Below, in pieces: positions 11,514 to 22,600 of a DNA stretch of 64,000 nt (its first letter is position 1; every line of letters starts with the position of its first letter). The stretch spans positions 64,001 to 128,000 of the forward strand of contig CAVYSY010000030.1 in NCBI GenBank assembly GCA_963771175.1. Reading direction: 5' to 3'. The stretch comes from an uncultured delta proteobacterium. Its GTDB lineage: Bacteria; Myxococcota; Myxococcia; Myxococcales; Myxococcaceae. The translations under genes were made by a program, and so were the position numbers. Below the pieces are notes generated by a model that saw nothing but the letters and a program-made list of their open reading frames with translations, made no database searches and was not told the origin of the DNA.

Positions 11514-12494
11514 TTGGGAAAGCTCCTGGTTTTACTGCTCGCCGTACTGCTGCCGGGGCTGTCGTGGGCCGGCATTGTCTGGAAGGGAGATTTCGAGACG
11601 GGAGACACCTCCCAGTACTCGTCGTCGCAGCGGGTGAGCGCGGACCGGCTCCAGGTGGTGCAGTCTCCGGTGCTCCAGGGGCGCTACGCGCTCAGGGCCA
11701 CGGTGAGGCAGGGGGACGACCCCATCAACTCCAGCGGTAACCGCAACGAGCTCGTCTATCAGGGGGGCGAGAAGGAGGGCTCGGAGTACTACTACCGCTG
11801 GCAGGTGCTGTTCCCGACGGACTACCCCAGCGCGAAGACGTGGCAGGTCTTCACCCAGTGGCACCACGATGGCTGCTGCGGCTCGCCGCCGGTGGAGTTC
11901 TTCGTCTACGGCGAGGAGATCCGCTTCACGCTCACCGACAGCGTGACGCCATGGCAGACGAAGCTGGTGCGCGATGTCTGGCAGGACTTCATCCTGCACG
12001 TGAGGTGGTCGTCGGACCCGAACGTGGGATTCGTCGAGCTGTGGCACAACGGCCAGCTCGTGCTCTCCAAGTACAAGCACGCGACGATGTACGCGGGCGA
12101 CGGCATCTACCTGAAGCTGGGCCTGTACCGCAGTGACACCGTGCAGCCGGTGGGCGTCGTGTACCACGACGGTTTCGTGCAGGCGACGCAGCTCGCGGAC
12201 GTGCTGCCGTCCACGCCCCAGCCCCAGCCGGATGCGGGCACGCCGGCTCCGCCTTCCGACGCGGGCACGCCGGCTCCGCCCTCCGACGCGGGCACCGCGC
12301 CGAGCGACGCGCCGCCGGCTTCTCCGGACGAGGCGACGCCCCCCATCGTCCCCACGTTCCCCCAGCCCGGTGCCACCGACCCGATGTCCCCCGAGGCGCC
12401 CGCGCACTACGGCTGCTCGAGCACGAGCGGTTCGCTCTGGGTGGTGGCACTGCTGGGACTCGGGGGCCTGCTGCGTCGAGTCCGGCGCAGGTAG
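11514..12494 (+). CDS. Secreted polysaccharide-lyase-like (heparin lyase I-like) protein with MYXO-CTERM sorting signal
   Basis: Signal peptide, GDFETG, RNEL, FTQWH, YLKLGLYR; Pro-rich linker; C-terminal GCSSTSGSLWVVALLGLGGLLRRVRRR. Confidence 0.8.
   Translation: MGKLLVLLLAVLLPGLSWAGIVWKGDFETGDTSQYSSSQRVSADRLQVVQSPVLQGRYALRATVRQGDDPINSSGNRNELVYQGGEKEGSEYYYRWQVLFPTDYPSAKTWQVFTQWHHDGCCGSPPVEFFVYGEEIRFTLTDSVTPWQTKLVRDVWQDFILHVRWSSDPNVGFVELWHNGQLVLSKYKHATMYAGDGIYLKLGLYRSDTVQPVGVVYHDGFVQATQLADVLPSTPQPQPDAGTPAPPSDAGTPAPPSDAGTAPSDAPPASPDEATPPIVPTFPQPGATDPMSPEAPAHYGCSSTSGSLWVVALLGLGGLLRRVRRR
12231..12295 (+). repeat. 27-bp tandem repeat (2 copies plus a partial) encoding the DAGTPAPPS linker
   Basis: GAYGCGGGCACGCCGGCTCCGCCYTCC at 12231 and 12258, partial copy at 12285. 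Confidence 0.9.
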
Positions 12495-12583
12495 GCCAGC
12501 GAGCCCGGTCTCGGGCGCACTCGGTGCTACCCGTCCTCGGGGGGGCGTCGTATGAGGAGGAGACCCCCGTGAGGAGACCCGAG

Positions 12584-14095
12584 ATGAGCGACGCGCGTGA
12601 AGGGGCGGTGCCCCACCTGAGCCCCGAGGAATTCCGGCGGCTGGGCCACCGGATGGTGGATTGGATCGCGGACTACTGGTCCCGGTTGGAGTCCTTCCCG
12701 GTGCGCGCGGCGGTGGCCCCGGGCGAGGTGCTGGCGAAGCTGCCCGAGCACCCGCCCGAGGAGGGCTTGGGCGGCGACGCTGGCTGGGAGGTCGTGTTCC
12801 GCGACCTGGAGCAGGTGGTGCTGCCCGGCATCACCCATTGGCAGTCGCCGTCCTTCTTCGCCTACTTCCCCGCCAACGCCTCGGGGCCCGCGGTGCTCGG
12901 CGAGCTGCTGTCCGCCGGCCTGGGCGTGCAGGGCATGCTCTGGTCCACCAGCCCCGCCGCCACCGAGATGGAGACGCGCGTGATGGACTGGCTGGCCGAG
13001 CTGATGGGGCTGCCGGCCTTCTTCCGCTCGGACTCGGGCACGGGCGGCGGCGTCATCCAGGGCACCGCCAGCGAGGCCACCCTGGTGGCGATGGTGGCGG
13101 CGCGCGAGCGGGTGCGGCGCAAGCTGGGCCGGGAGGCGGAGCTGGTGGCCTACACCTCCACGCAGGCGCACTCGTCCGTGCTGAAGGCGGCCATGCTGTC
13201 CGGTGTGGTGCGCGGCGTGTCGGACGACATCCACCTGCGCCAGCTCGGCACGGACGGCCGGTACGCCCTGCGTCCGGAGGTGCTGGAGCAGGCCATTCGC
13301 GAGGACCTCGCCGCCGGCCGCCAGCCCTTCTTCGTGTGCGCCTCGCTGGGAACCACCTCCTCGGGGGCCATGGACCCGCTGCCCGCCATCGGTGAGGTGC
13401 TGGAGGGCACGGGCTTCACCGCCTCGGGGGGCTGGCTGCACGTGGACGCGGCGTGGGCGGGCTCCGCGCTCATCTGCCCCGAGCACCGCGCCATGCTGGC
13501 GGGCCTGGAGGGGGTGGACTCCTTCGCCTTCAACCCGCACAAGTGGTTGCTCACCAATTTCGACTGCAACGCCTTCTACACGCGAGACCGCAAGGCGCTG
13601 CTGGATGCGCTGAGCGTGATGCCGGAGTACCTGCGCAACGCGGCCACCGCCAGCGGCGCGGTCATCGACTACCGCGACTGGCAGGTTCCACTCGGCCGCC
13701 GCTTCCGCGCGCTGAAGCTGTGGTTCGTGCTGCGCCACTACGGTGCCAAGGGGCTGCGGGCCTACATCCGCGAGCACGTGCGGCAGGCGGAGCTGTTCGA
13801 GTCCTGGGTAAAGGGGGACGAGCGCTTCGAGCTGGCCGCGCCGCGCTCGCTGGCCCTGGTGTGCTTCCGGCTGCGGCCGAGGCCGGGCGAGGAGCCCGCG
13901 GCCACGGACGCGCGCAACCGCCAGTTGCTGGAGCGGCTGAACGCGAGCGGCAAGGCCTTCCTCACGCACACCGTGCTGCCCGGGGTGGACGGCGCGCCGG
14001 CGCGCTACGTGCTGCGCATGGCCATTGGCGCCCCACGCACCGAGGAGCGGCACGTGCGCGCGGTGTGGGAGCAGCTCGCCGCGCTCGCCGACTGA
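12584..14095 (+). CDS. PLP-dependent aromatic L-amino acid decarboxylase (group II)
   Basis: GITHWQSPSFFAYFP, QAHSSVLKAA, LHVDAAWAG, DSFAFNPHKW (PLP lysine), DWQVPLGRRFRALKLW. Confidence 0.93.
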   Translation: MSDAREGAVPHLSPEEFRRLGHRMVDWIADYWSRLESFPVRAAVAPGEVLAKLPEHPPEEGLGGDAGWEVVFRDLEQVVLPGITHWQSPSFFAYFPANASGPAVLGELLSAGLGVQGMLWSTSPAATEMETRVMDWLAELMGLPAFFRSDSGTGGGVIQGTASEATLVAMVAARERVRRKLGREAELVAYTSTQAHSSVLKAAMLSGVVRGVSDDIHLRQLGTDGRYALRPEVLEQAIREDLAAGRQPFFVCASLGTTSSGAMDPLPAIGEVLEGTGFTASGGWLHVDAAWAGSALICPEHRAMLAGLEGVDSFAFNPHKWLLTNFDCNAFYTRDRKALLDALSVMPEYLRNAATASGAVIDYRDWQVPLGRRFRALKLWFVLRHYGAKGLRAYIREHVRQAELFESWVKGDERFELAAPRSLALVCFRLRPRPGEEPAATDARNRQLLERLNASGKAFLTHTVLPGVDGAPARYVLRMAIGAPRTEERHVRAVWEQLAALAD

Positions 14096-14107
14096 CCCTG
14101 AGCGGCG

Positions 14108-14455
14108 CTACTGTTCGATGGGCGGCTGCAGCACGCCGAAGCGCTCGATGCCCTGGCGCATGGCCGAGCGCACCGCGTCGAGGATGGCCTGGTCGGAGAA
14201 GTGCTTCACGACGAGGGCGCCAGGGGTGACGAAGGAGGGTGCCCGGTCGAGCTGGCTCCGCAGGTGGTCGAGGGTCAGCAGGGTCAGGCCGAAGCGGCGG
14301 CCGTCTCCCAGGCGGACCATGATGTCCAGGCTGCCTGCCTGAGGCAGGGTGAGGTCGTCGGCGATCAGGATGGAGGCGAGCTTCCCCTCCCCAATGTCGA
14401 TGGAGCGCATGGTGGACCGACCGTAGCCGCCCGCCAGCCGGGGAGGGGGGTTCAT
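14108..14455 (-). CDS. Hypothetical protein (start uncertain: 14455 or 14410)
   Basis: ORF with host-like codon usage (VRLGDGRRFGLTLLTL..FVTPGALVV..GIERFG) between two flanking genes. Confidence 0.6.
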   Translation of the reverse strand: MNPPPRLAGGYGRSTMRSIDIGEGKLASILIADDLTLPQAGSLDIMVRLGDGRRFGLTLLTLDHLRSQLDRAPSFVTPGALVVKHFSDQAILDAVRSAMRQGIERFGVLQPPIEQ

Positions 14456-14573
14456 CGGCGCTTCCGTCCACCGGTGCACCATCCGGTGGGGGCTGCCGAC
14501 GCGGGGGAGACGGTATAGGTTCAGGGCAAGGGAGGAACGCCTGAAGTCACCTCGCAAGCCCACGAAAGAGGAG

Positions 14574-15095
14574 TTGCTCGCCGCGGTGGGGCGGACGATG
14601 CCGGACCTCATCAGCTCCGGGCTGAAGGTCCTCTTCTGCGGCATCAACCCCAGCGTGTACTCGGCGGTGGTGGGCTACCACTTCGCGCGGCCGGGCAACC
14701 GGTTCTGGCCGACGCTGCATGCCTCGGGCTTCACGGAGCGCCTGCTGGCGCCCTGGGAGCAGGAGGAGTTGCTCGCGCTCGGCTGTGGCATCACCAACGT
14801 GGTGGAGCGCGCCACGGTCTCCGCGGACGTGCTGACGGCCGAGGAGCTCGCCCAGGGCGGGCGGCGGCTGGAGGCGAAGGTGCGGCACTACCGGCCCCGC
14901 GTGCTGGCGGTGCTGGGCATTGGCGCCTGGCGCACGGCCTTCGGGCACCCGAGGGCTTCGTTGGGGCCGCAGCCGGAGACGCTGGGCGGGGCTCGCGTCT
15001 GGGTGCTCCCCAACCCGAGCGGCCTCAACGCGCACTACCGGCCAGCGGAGCTGGCGCGGCTGTTTCGCGAGCTGCGTGTTAATTTCCAGGGGTGA
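14574..15095 (+). CDS. mug: G/U mismatch-specific DNA glycosylase (start may be further upstream, 14541)
   Basis: VLFCGINPS, HFARPGNRFW, GITNVVERAT, VLPNPSGLNA. Confidence 0.92.
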   Translation: MLAAVGRTMPDLISSGLKVLFCGINPSVYSAVVGYHFARPGNRFWPTLHASGFTERLLAPWEQEELLALGCGITNVVERATVSADVLTAEELAQGGRRLEAKVRHYRPRVLAVLGIGAWRTAFGHPRASLGPQPETLGGARVWVLPNPSGLNAHYRPAELARLFRELRVNFQG

Positions 15096-16375
15096 TGTCG
15101 TCCACGTCCAAGGTCGCGCTCGTCCTGAGCTATCAGTACCCGGGTAAGTACGCGCTCACCGTCCTCGCGGGGGCGGTGGAGGGGGATGCGGTGGGGCAGC
15201 ACGTGTCCCTGCGCTTTCCCCGGGACCGGGAGTCGTTGCTGGCCACGGTGCGTCAATGCCACGACGAGGGGTACCGGGTGGTGGTGGCGTGGTCGTTCTA
15301 CTCGGCGAGCTTCCCCGCGGCGGCCGAGGAGCTGGCCTGGCTGCGCGAGCGGCTGGAGGGCCGCGAGGTGCTGTGCATCGCGGGTGGGGTGCATGCCACG
15401 GCGGAGACCGAGCAGACGCTGCGGGCGGGCTTCGACCTGGTGGGGGTGGGCGAGGGCGAGCCCATGTTGCTGGAGCTGCTCGGCCGGCTGGTGCGTGGGG
15501 AGGACCCCCGGCAGACGCGGGGCTTCGCGCGGCGGGTGGAGGGCCGGATGGTGCCGCAGGGGCGGGGAGAGGGCGTGGTGCTGGACACGTACCCGCCCTT
15601 CGCGGCGAAGCACTCGATGTTCGGGGCCATCGAGATAACGCGCGGCTGCATCTACGCGTGCCGGTTCTGCCAGACGCCGTTCATGAGCAAGGCGCGCTTC
15701 CGGCACCGGAGCGTGGAGAACATCGCGCACTGGGCGCGGGTGCTGCGCGAGACGGGCAAGCGGGACGTGCGCTTCATCACGCCGACGTCCATGTCGTACG
15801 GCTCGCCGGACGAGTCGGTGAACCTGGAGGCCCTCGAGCGGCTGCTGGCGGCGGTGCGCGAGGCGATGGGCCCCGAGGGGCGGGTGTTCTACGGGACGTT
15901 CCCCTCGGAGGTGCGGCCCGAGCACGTGACGCCCGAGGCGCTGGCGCTGCTCAAGCGCTACGTGGACAACGACAACCTCATCATCGGCGGGCAGTCCGGG
16001 AGCGAGCGGATTCTGCAGGCGAGCCACCGCGGGCACGACGTGGAGACGGTGGTGCGGGCGACGAGCCTGGCGGTGGAGGCGGGCTTCGTGCCGAACGTGG
16101 ACTTCATCCTCGGGTTGCCGGGGGAGGCTCCGGAGGACGTGAGGGCGACACTGGCACTGATGCGGCGGCTATCGGACCTCGGGGCGAAAGTGCACGGGCA
16201 CACGTTCATGCCGCTGCCCGGGACGCCGTACCGGGACGCGCCCCCGGGCTCGGTGGACGACGAGACGCAGCGGGAACTGGACCGGCTGGCCTCGCAGGGC
16301 CGCCTCTACGGTCACTGGAAGCAGCAGGTCAAACTGGCGAACGGAATCGCCGAGAGACGTCAGCCGAGGCGCTGA
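15092..16375 (+). CDS. B12-binding-domain radical SAM protein (TIGR04013-like)
   Basis: IAGGVHAT, GEGE, IEITRGCIYACRFCQTP (CxxxCxxC), GGQSGSERIL, DFILGLPGE, FMPLPGTP; GTGA overlap with mug. Confidence 0.88.
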   Translation: MMSSTSKVALVLSYQYPGKYALTVLAGAVEGDAVGQHVSLRFPRDRESLLATVRQCHDEGYRVVVAWSFYSASFPAAAEELAWLRERLEGREVLCIAGGVHATAETEQTLRAGFDLVGVGEGEPMLLELLGRLVRGEDPRQTRGFARRVEGRMVPQGRGEGVVLDTYPPFAAKHSMFGAIEITRGCIYACRFCQTPFMSKARFRHRSVENIAHWARVLRETGKRDVRFITPTSMSYGSPDESVNLEALERLLAAVREAMGPEGRVFYGTFPSEVRPEHVTPEALALLKRYVDNDNLIIGGQSGSERILQASHRGHDVETVVRATSLAVEAGFVPNVDFILGLPGEAPEDVRATLALMRRLSDLGAKVHGHTFMPLPGTPYRDAPPGSVDDETQRELDRLASQGRLYGHWKQQVKLANGIAERRQPRR

Positions 16376-16389
16376 GCCCCCGCTTCCTC

Positions 16390-17463
16390 TCATTCGACGA
16401 GCACCGTGGCTCCCGCGTCCTTGCCCAGGGGGAGGAGGGTCGCCCCGGCATGTTTCTCCAGGGCGCTGGCGAGCTCCTGCGCGTGCGTGGTGACGAAGAC
16501 CTGGCCCCGGCGGCTCGCGGCGGCGATGAGGCGGCCCAGCGCTGGCAGGAGCGAGGGGTGCAGGCTCGTCTCCGGCTCGTTGAGGGCGAGGAAGGGCGGG
16601 GGACGGGGAGAGAGCAGGGCGGCGAGCAGGCAGAGGTAGCGCAGCGTTCCGTCCGACAGCTCCGCCGCCTCCAGCGGGCGTAGCAGCCCGGGCATGTGCA
16701 TGTGGAAGGAGAAGCGCCCGGCCTCGCTGGTCAGCTCCAGGCTCGAGCCGGGGAAGGCGCTCTCCACGCCCGCGTGCAGGGCCTTGGGGTCGCCGATGTC
16801 CTGGATGGTCATCAGGGCCGCCGCCAGGTCCCTCCCGTCGTGCGCGAGCGCGGGAGTGCGCACGCCCACCTGGGCCTGGCGCAGGGGTGACAGCGGGTCG
16901 GTCCGGAAGTGGTGGTAGAAGCGCCAGCGGAGCAGCTCCGCCCGCAGCGCGCTCAGCATGGGGAAGCGGTGGGGCTCGGAGATTTGCGCCAGCACGGACT
17001 CCCCGCCCCAGAGCTGGGCCGCGAAGGTGGTGCGGTTGCCCTCCGCGTCACGGGCGAAGACGCTCGTGGCGCGGCGCTCGGCCATGACGTGCCGGCGCTT
17101 GCCCTCGTGGAGCCACACCGTCTCCTCCTTCACGTCCGGATCCAACGTGAAGGGCCCCTGGGGCGGCGGCACGAGCCCGCAGGACAGCTCGTAGGCGAGG
17201 TCATCCAGCCGCACGCCCACGGTGAGGCGCGCCGGGGCATTCTTCTGGCGCTGGCCCGCCCACAGGACGGAGGGCATCCCTCCCTCTTCCGCCAGCGTGC
17301 GCGAGAGGGTCCCCTCGGCGGCGGAGAGCAGCAGTTGCAGGGCGCGGTAGACGTTCGTCTTGCCGCTCCCGTTGGGGCCCACGACCACCGTGACGGGCGC
17401 GAGTGGGAAGCGCAGCTCGCGCACCGAGCGGTAGCCGGCTATCCACAGCTCACGGACGGACAT
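16390..17463 (-). CDS. ABC-type/AAA_21 ATPase (RecF-like predicted ATPase)
   Basis: Walker A GPNGSGKT, signature LSDGTLRYL, LNEPETSLHP, VTTH. Confidence 0.88.
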   Translation of the reverse strand: MSVRELWIAGYRSVRELRFPLAPVTVVVGPNGSGKTNVYRALQLLLSAAEGTLSRTLAEEGGMPSVLWAGQRQKNAPARLTVGVRLDDLAYELSCGLVPPPQGPFTLDPDVKEETVWLHEGKRRHVMAERRATSVFARDAEGNRTTFAAQLWGGESVLAQISEPHRFPMLSALRAELLRWRFYHHFRTDPLSPLRQAQVGVRTPALAHDGRDLAAALMTIQDIGDPKALHAGVESAFPGSSLELTSEAGRFSFHMHMPGLLRPLEAAELSDGTLRYLCLLAALLSPRPPPFLALNEPETSLHPSLLPALGRLIAAASRRGQVFVTTHAQELASALEKHAGATLLPLGKDAGATVLVE

Positions 17464-17496
17464 ACTGGGTCAATGTAACCTGTCCGGGAGCGCGGG

Positions 17497-18189
17497 TCAG
17501 GGGTTGCCCGTGGCGTAGGCGAACAGCTCGATGGGAGTGGCGTAGTAGATCCACCCGAAGAAGCCGCCCACCGCCGAGTTCGAGGGGGGCTCGAAGTACG
17601 CCTTGTTGCGCACGCCGGCCAGGGCCAACGCCCCGCCAAGGGTGAGGGTCCACACAATCTGGAGGGTCGTGGTGACGGCGTAGGAGGCGATGATGAAGGG
17701 GATGTAGGCGGGGCCGAGCACCCGGGCCTGCAGCAGGTGCATCCGCTCGTGCTGGCCCGCGCCGCCGAGGTTCACCGTCCCAATGGTCTGGAGCACGCTG
17801 TGGCCGAAGCCGCTCGAGCTCCTCGGCTGGAAGCTGATCCACGCCTGCCCCTCGGAGTCCGTGCGCGAGGGGTTGCCGAAGAGGATGTAGATGAGGTTGC
17901 CGAGCACGAACCCGACGATTGTGTTGGGCAGGCTCCAGGTCAGGTCGACGAACAACTCGAGCCACCCGACGGCCGTCTCCAGGTCATAGATGCATAGGAT
18001 GCCCGCCTCCAGCCCGTAGAGAAGGCCGAAGCCGCCTCCGACGATGAGCGCGACCTTGGGCAGCTCCGAGACGACCTGGGGCGGGAGGAGGTCTCGCCAC
18101 ACCGGAAGCACGCTGATGATCAGCAGCAGCACGGTGGGAACGACGAGCGAGATGAGGAACGTGAGAAAGCCCTGCAGTGGTTTGGACAT
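17497..18189 (-). CDS. Hypothetical membrane protein with HExxH motif
   Basis: Several TM helices; HERMH followed by QARVLGP; C-terminal PIELFA. Confidence 0.65.
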   Translation of the reverse strand: MSKPLQGFLTFLISLVVPTVLLLIISVLPVWRDLLPPQVVSELPKVALIVGGGFGLLYGLEAGILCIYDLETAVGWLELFVDLTWSLPNTIVGFVLGNLIYILFGNPSRTDSEGQAWISFQPRSSSGFGHSVLQTIGTVNLGGAGQHERMHLLQARVLGPAYIPFIIASYAVTTTLQIVWTLTLGGALALAGVRNKAYFEPPSNSAVGGFFGWIYYATPIELFAYATGNP

Positions 18190-18368
18190 GAAGCCCCCTT
18201 GGGTCCGGTAGGACGCGGTCCTGGGGACGGATGTGAGTGGTGCCGGATGTGACGGGCCATGTCCGCACTCCCAGATTGGCGCCGTACCACCCAAGCGGGC
18301 GAGCCCTGTCGTCCCCCACGCCCGTGGTTTCTGGCCCATGGGTGTGGGACGGCTACTGTGGGGCCCCC

Positions 18369-19625
18369 ATGCGCTTCAAGTTCGTCCATGCGGCCGACCT
18401 GCATCTGGATACCCCCTTCCGCGGCATCTCCGCGGACTCGGCACTGGCGGGTACCTTCCAGCAGGCGACCTTCCGGGCCTTCTCTCGCGTCGTGGACCTG
18501 TGCCTGCGCGAGCACGTGGCCTTCCTGCTGCTGGCGGGGGACCTCTTCGACGCGAAGGACCGCTCGGTGCGCGCTCGGCTGGCGCTGCGGCGCGAGCTGG
18601 AGCGGCTGGACGCGGCGGGCATCCAGACCTTCATCGTCCACGGCAACCATGACCCGCTGAGCGGGGACACGGGGGCGCTCGGGCTGCCCGGCTCGGTGAA
18701 GGTGTTCGGCTCGGAGTGGGAGGAGGTGGAGGTGCGCCGGGAAGGTCGGCTGCTCTGCCGGGTGCAGGGCATCTCCTACCCGGAGGTGGAGGTGCGCGAG
18801 AACCTGTCCGCCCGCTTCCACCGGACGGCGCCGGACTTCACGGTGGGCCTGCTGCACGCCAACCTGGGCGGACTGGAGGGCCATGCCAACTACGCGCCCT
18901 GCACCGTGGAGGACCTGGGCGCGCGAGGCCTGGACTACTGGGCGCTGGGCCACGTGCACACCCGCGCCGAGTACGCGCTCGCCGGTGGCGCGGTGGCCGT
19001 CTACCCGGGCAACCCCCAGGGGCGGCACGTGAACGAGCCGGGCGAGCGCGGCTGCGTGCTGGTGGAGGTGGAGGAGGGCAAGACGCGGCGCCGCTTCGTC
19101 CCGGTGGACCGGGTGCGCTGGTACCGGTTGGAGGTGGCGCTCACGGGGCTCGGGTCGCTCGACGCGCTCGTGGGCGCGGTGATGGAGCAGGTGGACGCGA
19201 GCTGCCCGGAGGAGCTGGACGGCCACGCCGTGCGCCTCACGCTCACGGGCCGGGGCCCGCTGCATCGGGAGCTGTCCCGGCCGGACGCGCTCGGCCAGCT
19301 CGAAGCGGACCTGCGCGAGCAGCTCTCCCGGCGTCACCCGCCGGTGCTGCTCGAGTCCCTGCGCGACGCGAGCCGCCCCGAGCTGGACCTCGAGACGGTG
19401 CGCCTGGCGGGAGGCTTCACCGGGACGCTGCTGGCCGAGGCCGAGGTGCTCGCGGAGGACCCGGAAGCACTGGCCGCGCTGTGGGCGGAGGACACGGAGC
19501 TGCGCGCGCTGAGCCAGCGACTGCGGCGGCTGGGCGTGGACGCACTGGAGGAACCCCGGCCCGAGCTGCTGGAGCGGGCCGGCTTGCAGGTGGTGGAGCA
19601 GCTCCACGAGGAGGACGTGGCGTGA
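18369..19625 (+). CDS. SbcD/Mre11-like metallophosphoesterase nuclease (YhaO-like)
   Basis: HAADLHLD, LAGDLFD, HGNHD, YWALGHVH, YPGNPQGR. Confidence 0.92.
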   Translation: MRFKFVHAADLHLDTPFRGISADSALAGTFQQATFRAFSRVVDLCLREHVAFLLLAGDLFDAKDRSVRARLALRRELERLDAAGIQTFIVHGNHDPLSGDTGALGLPGSVKVFGSEWEEVEVRREGRLLCRVQGISYPEVEVRENLSARFHRTAPDFTVGLLHANLGGLEGHANYAPCTVEDLGARGLDYWALGHVHTRAEYALAGGAVAVYPGNPQGRHVNEPGERGCVLVEVEEGKTRRRFVPVDRVRWYRLEVALTGLGSLDALVGAVMEQVDASCPEELDGHAVRLTLTGRGPLHRELSRPDALGQLEADLREQLSRRHPPVLLESLRDASRPELDLETVRLAGGFTGTLLAEAEVLAEDPEALAALWAEDTELRALSQRLRRLGVDALEEPRPELLERAGLQVVEQLHEEDVA

Positions 19626-22600
19626 GCGGGGGACTGCGAATCGACGTGCTGAAGGTGCACGGCTTCGGGCACTTCTCCGACTACGCGCTGGAGCTGAAGC
19701 CGGGCCTCAACCTGCTGTACGGGCCGAACGAGGCGGGCAAGAGCACGCTGCTCGCGTTCCTCCGGACAATGCTGTTCGGCTTCGAGAAGCGGGGCCGCTC
19801 GGAGTCGCGCTACGAGCCCGAGGCGGGGACCTTCGGGGGCGAGCTGTGCGTGAGCACGAGCGTGGGTCCGCTGGTGGTGCGCCGGGTGGTGGATCGCCGC
19901 GGGAAGGCGGCGGTGACGGTGCTCAGCCCGGAGGGGCACGAGCTGCCCTCGTCCCGGCTGGACGAGGCGCTGGCGCACGTCTCCCGGGACTTGTTCTGCG
20001 AAGTGTTCGCCTTCAGCCTGGAGGAGCTGTCCACCTTCGAGAAGCTGGCCGAGGAGGATGGCGTCTCCCGGGCGCTCTTCGCCGCCGGGCTGCAGGGCGC
20101 GCGCCGGCTGCCGGAGGTGGAGAAGCACCTGGAGAAGCGGGCCGGAGAGCTCTTCAAGGTGAGCGGAAGGAATCCCGAGCTCAACCAGGTCCTCAAGCAG
20201 TTGGAGGAGGTGAAGGCGCGGCTCCGCGAGCTGGAGGACCGTCCAGCGAAGTACTTCGAGGAGCGCGAGCGGCTGGCCTCGCTGGCACGGCAGCAGGAGG
20301 AGACGGCGGCGCTCCAGGAGACCCTCTCGCGCGAGCTGGGGCGGTTGTCCCGGTTGGAGGCCGCGCTCGGAGAGCTGGGAGAGCTGGCGCGGCTGCGGGC
20401 GGAGCTGGCCGCGCTGCCGGACCTGACGGCCTTCCCGGAGAGAGGGGAGGCGCGGCTGGAGGAGCTGCTCCCGCGACTGCGGGAGACCCGTGCCCAGCAG
20501 GCCCGTGTGGAGGAGCTGCTGTCCTCGGCCGAGCTGGAGCTGTCCCGGCTGTCCGGGGCCTCGGCCGTGCGCGAGCGGGAGGAGGGGTTGCGCTCGGCGC
20601 TGGCCGCGTTCACCGCGAGGGGCGAGCTCCTGCGTGCGCTCCCGGGCCGCCGAGCGGCGCTCGAGGCGAGGCGCCGGGAGGTGGAGCAGGCCCTCGGGGG
20701 GCTGGGGCTGGAGGTGGACGCGGCGGGCCTGCTGGCGCTGGAGCTGGGCGCGGCGGCGCGGGGCACCCTGGAGTCCCTGGCGGACCGGCTGGCGAGGGCG
20801 GAGACCGAGCGGCGCGACGCGGAGGGGGCGCTGGGGCGGGCACGTGGGACGCTGGAGCGCCTCGACACCGCCCTGACGCGTCTGGATGCGGAGCGGGCCC
20901 GGCTTCCCGCCGTGGCCGTCGCGGAGGTCCGCCGCCGACAGGCGGCACTGGGGCGCCTGCGTCCCCTGCGCGTGGAGCGGGAGCAGGTGGTGGCCCAGCG
21001 CGCCGAGCTGCGGCAGCGGCTCGAGGCCCTGCGGGCCCAGGTCGAGCCTCCGCTCGGCGCGGCACCGGCGCTCTGGCCGGTGGTGGTGGGCGTGGTGGGG
21101 GCGGTGGTGCTGGCCCTCGGCCTCGGGCTGTACGCGGGGGCCGGAGCGGGAGTCCTCGCGCTGGTGGGCGCGCTGCTGCTCGTCGGCCCGCTGGTGCTCG
21201 GCCACCGGAGCGCGGTGAGCAACCATCAGCGCAATGAGGAGGCCCACGCCGCGCGCCAGCGGCTGCACGCGCAGGAGGTGGCCCGGGTGCAATCGTCCCT
21301 GGACGTCCTCGCGGGGCGGGGGGCCGGGCTGGAGCGCGAGCTGGTGGCGGCGGCGAGCGAGGCGGGCATTCCTCCCGGGGCATCCGTGGCCGAGCTCGGC
21401 GCGCGGGAGGAGGCCATGGCCGAGCTGCTGCGGCAGGCGGAGCGCCTGGAGCACCTCGGCCGGGAGTGCGAGGCCCGTCTGTCGGAGCGGGACGCGGTGG
21501 CGCGCGAGGCCCACGCCGCCGAGGACGCGGGACACCGGGCCGAGGCCCAGGTGCGGGTGCTCCAGGCGGAGCTGTCCGCGCTGCTCGCCGCTCGGCGCTT
21601 CCCCGTGGAGCTCTCACCGCAGCGGGCGCTGGCGTTGTGGCGCGACGCGGCCGAGCAGCGGCAGCGGCTGGCGGATTTGAGGGCGGACGAGCGGGCCCTG
21701 GCCACGGACGAGGCCGCCTGTGACGTGGTTGTCTCCCGGCTGCACGAGGAGGCCCGGGGCGCGGGACTCGCGGAGGGGCCCGTGGAGTCGGTGGCCGCCG
21801 GGGTGGCCACGGCGCTGGAGGAGCTGAAGGCGCGGGACGCGGAGGCGCGGGCCCTCCGGGCGCGGAGGGACGATTGGCACGCGGACAGGGCCCAGCTCGC
21901 GCGTCTTCGCGAGTCCGAGGAGCAGGCCCTGGAGGCGCTGCTGGCCCAGGGCGGGAGCGACACCGAGGAGTCCTTCCGTCAGCGGGCCCGGCAGGCGGAG
22001 CACTTCACCGGGCTCACCCGCCGCGTGCACGAGCTGACCTGGCGCATCGAAGCCGCCGCGGGTCTGGACGAAGCGGCGGCACGGGAGGCCCTCCAGGCGT
22101 TGGGCGGCGAGGAGCGACTGAAGGAGAGACTCGGGCTGCTGCGCATGCAGGAGCCCGCCTGCGCCGAGCGCCTGAAGGCGCTGCACACCGAGTACGGCGC
22201 CGCGCGGAGCCAGCTCGCGCAGTGGGAGAACGACGAGGAACTGGCCACGCTGCGCATCCAGGAGGAGCGGCTGCGGGCGCGGGCCGCGGAGCTGGCCTGG
22301 CGCTATGCCACGGACAGGCTGGGGCTGGCGCTGCTGGCCCGGGCGCGGAGGCGCTTCGAGGAGGAGCAGCAGCCCCGGGTCATCCAGCTCGCCTCCGAGC
22401 ACTTCGCGGAGCTCACGGGCGGCCGGTACCGCCGCGTGTTCGTCCCGGCGGGAGGCAAGCGCGAGCTGCGGGTGAGCGACGCGCGGCGGGACTGGAGCGC
22501 GGAGCAGCTCTCGCGAGGCACCCGCGAGCAGCTCTACCTGGCGTTCCGGCTGGCGGTCATCCAGGACTTCGGGGAGACGCGCGGGGCGCTGCCGCTCATC

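Noticed and set aside
12231..12295. 27-bp repeats as a CRISPR array
   Set aside because: Tandem with no spacers, in frame inside a Pro-rich linker; no cas genes in the window.
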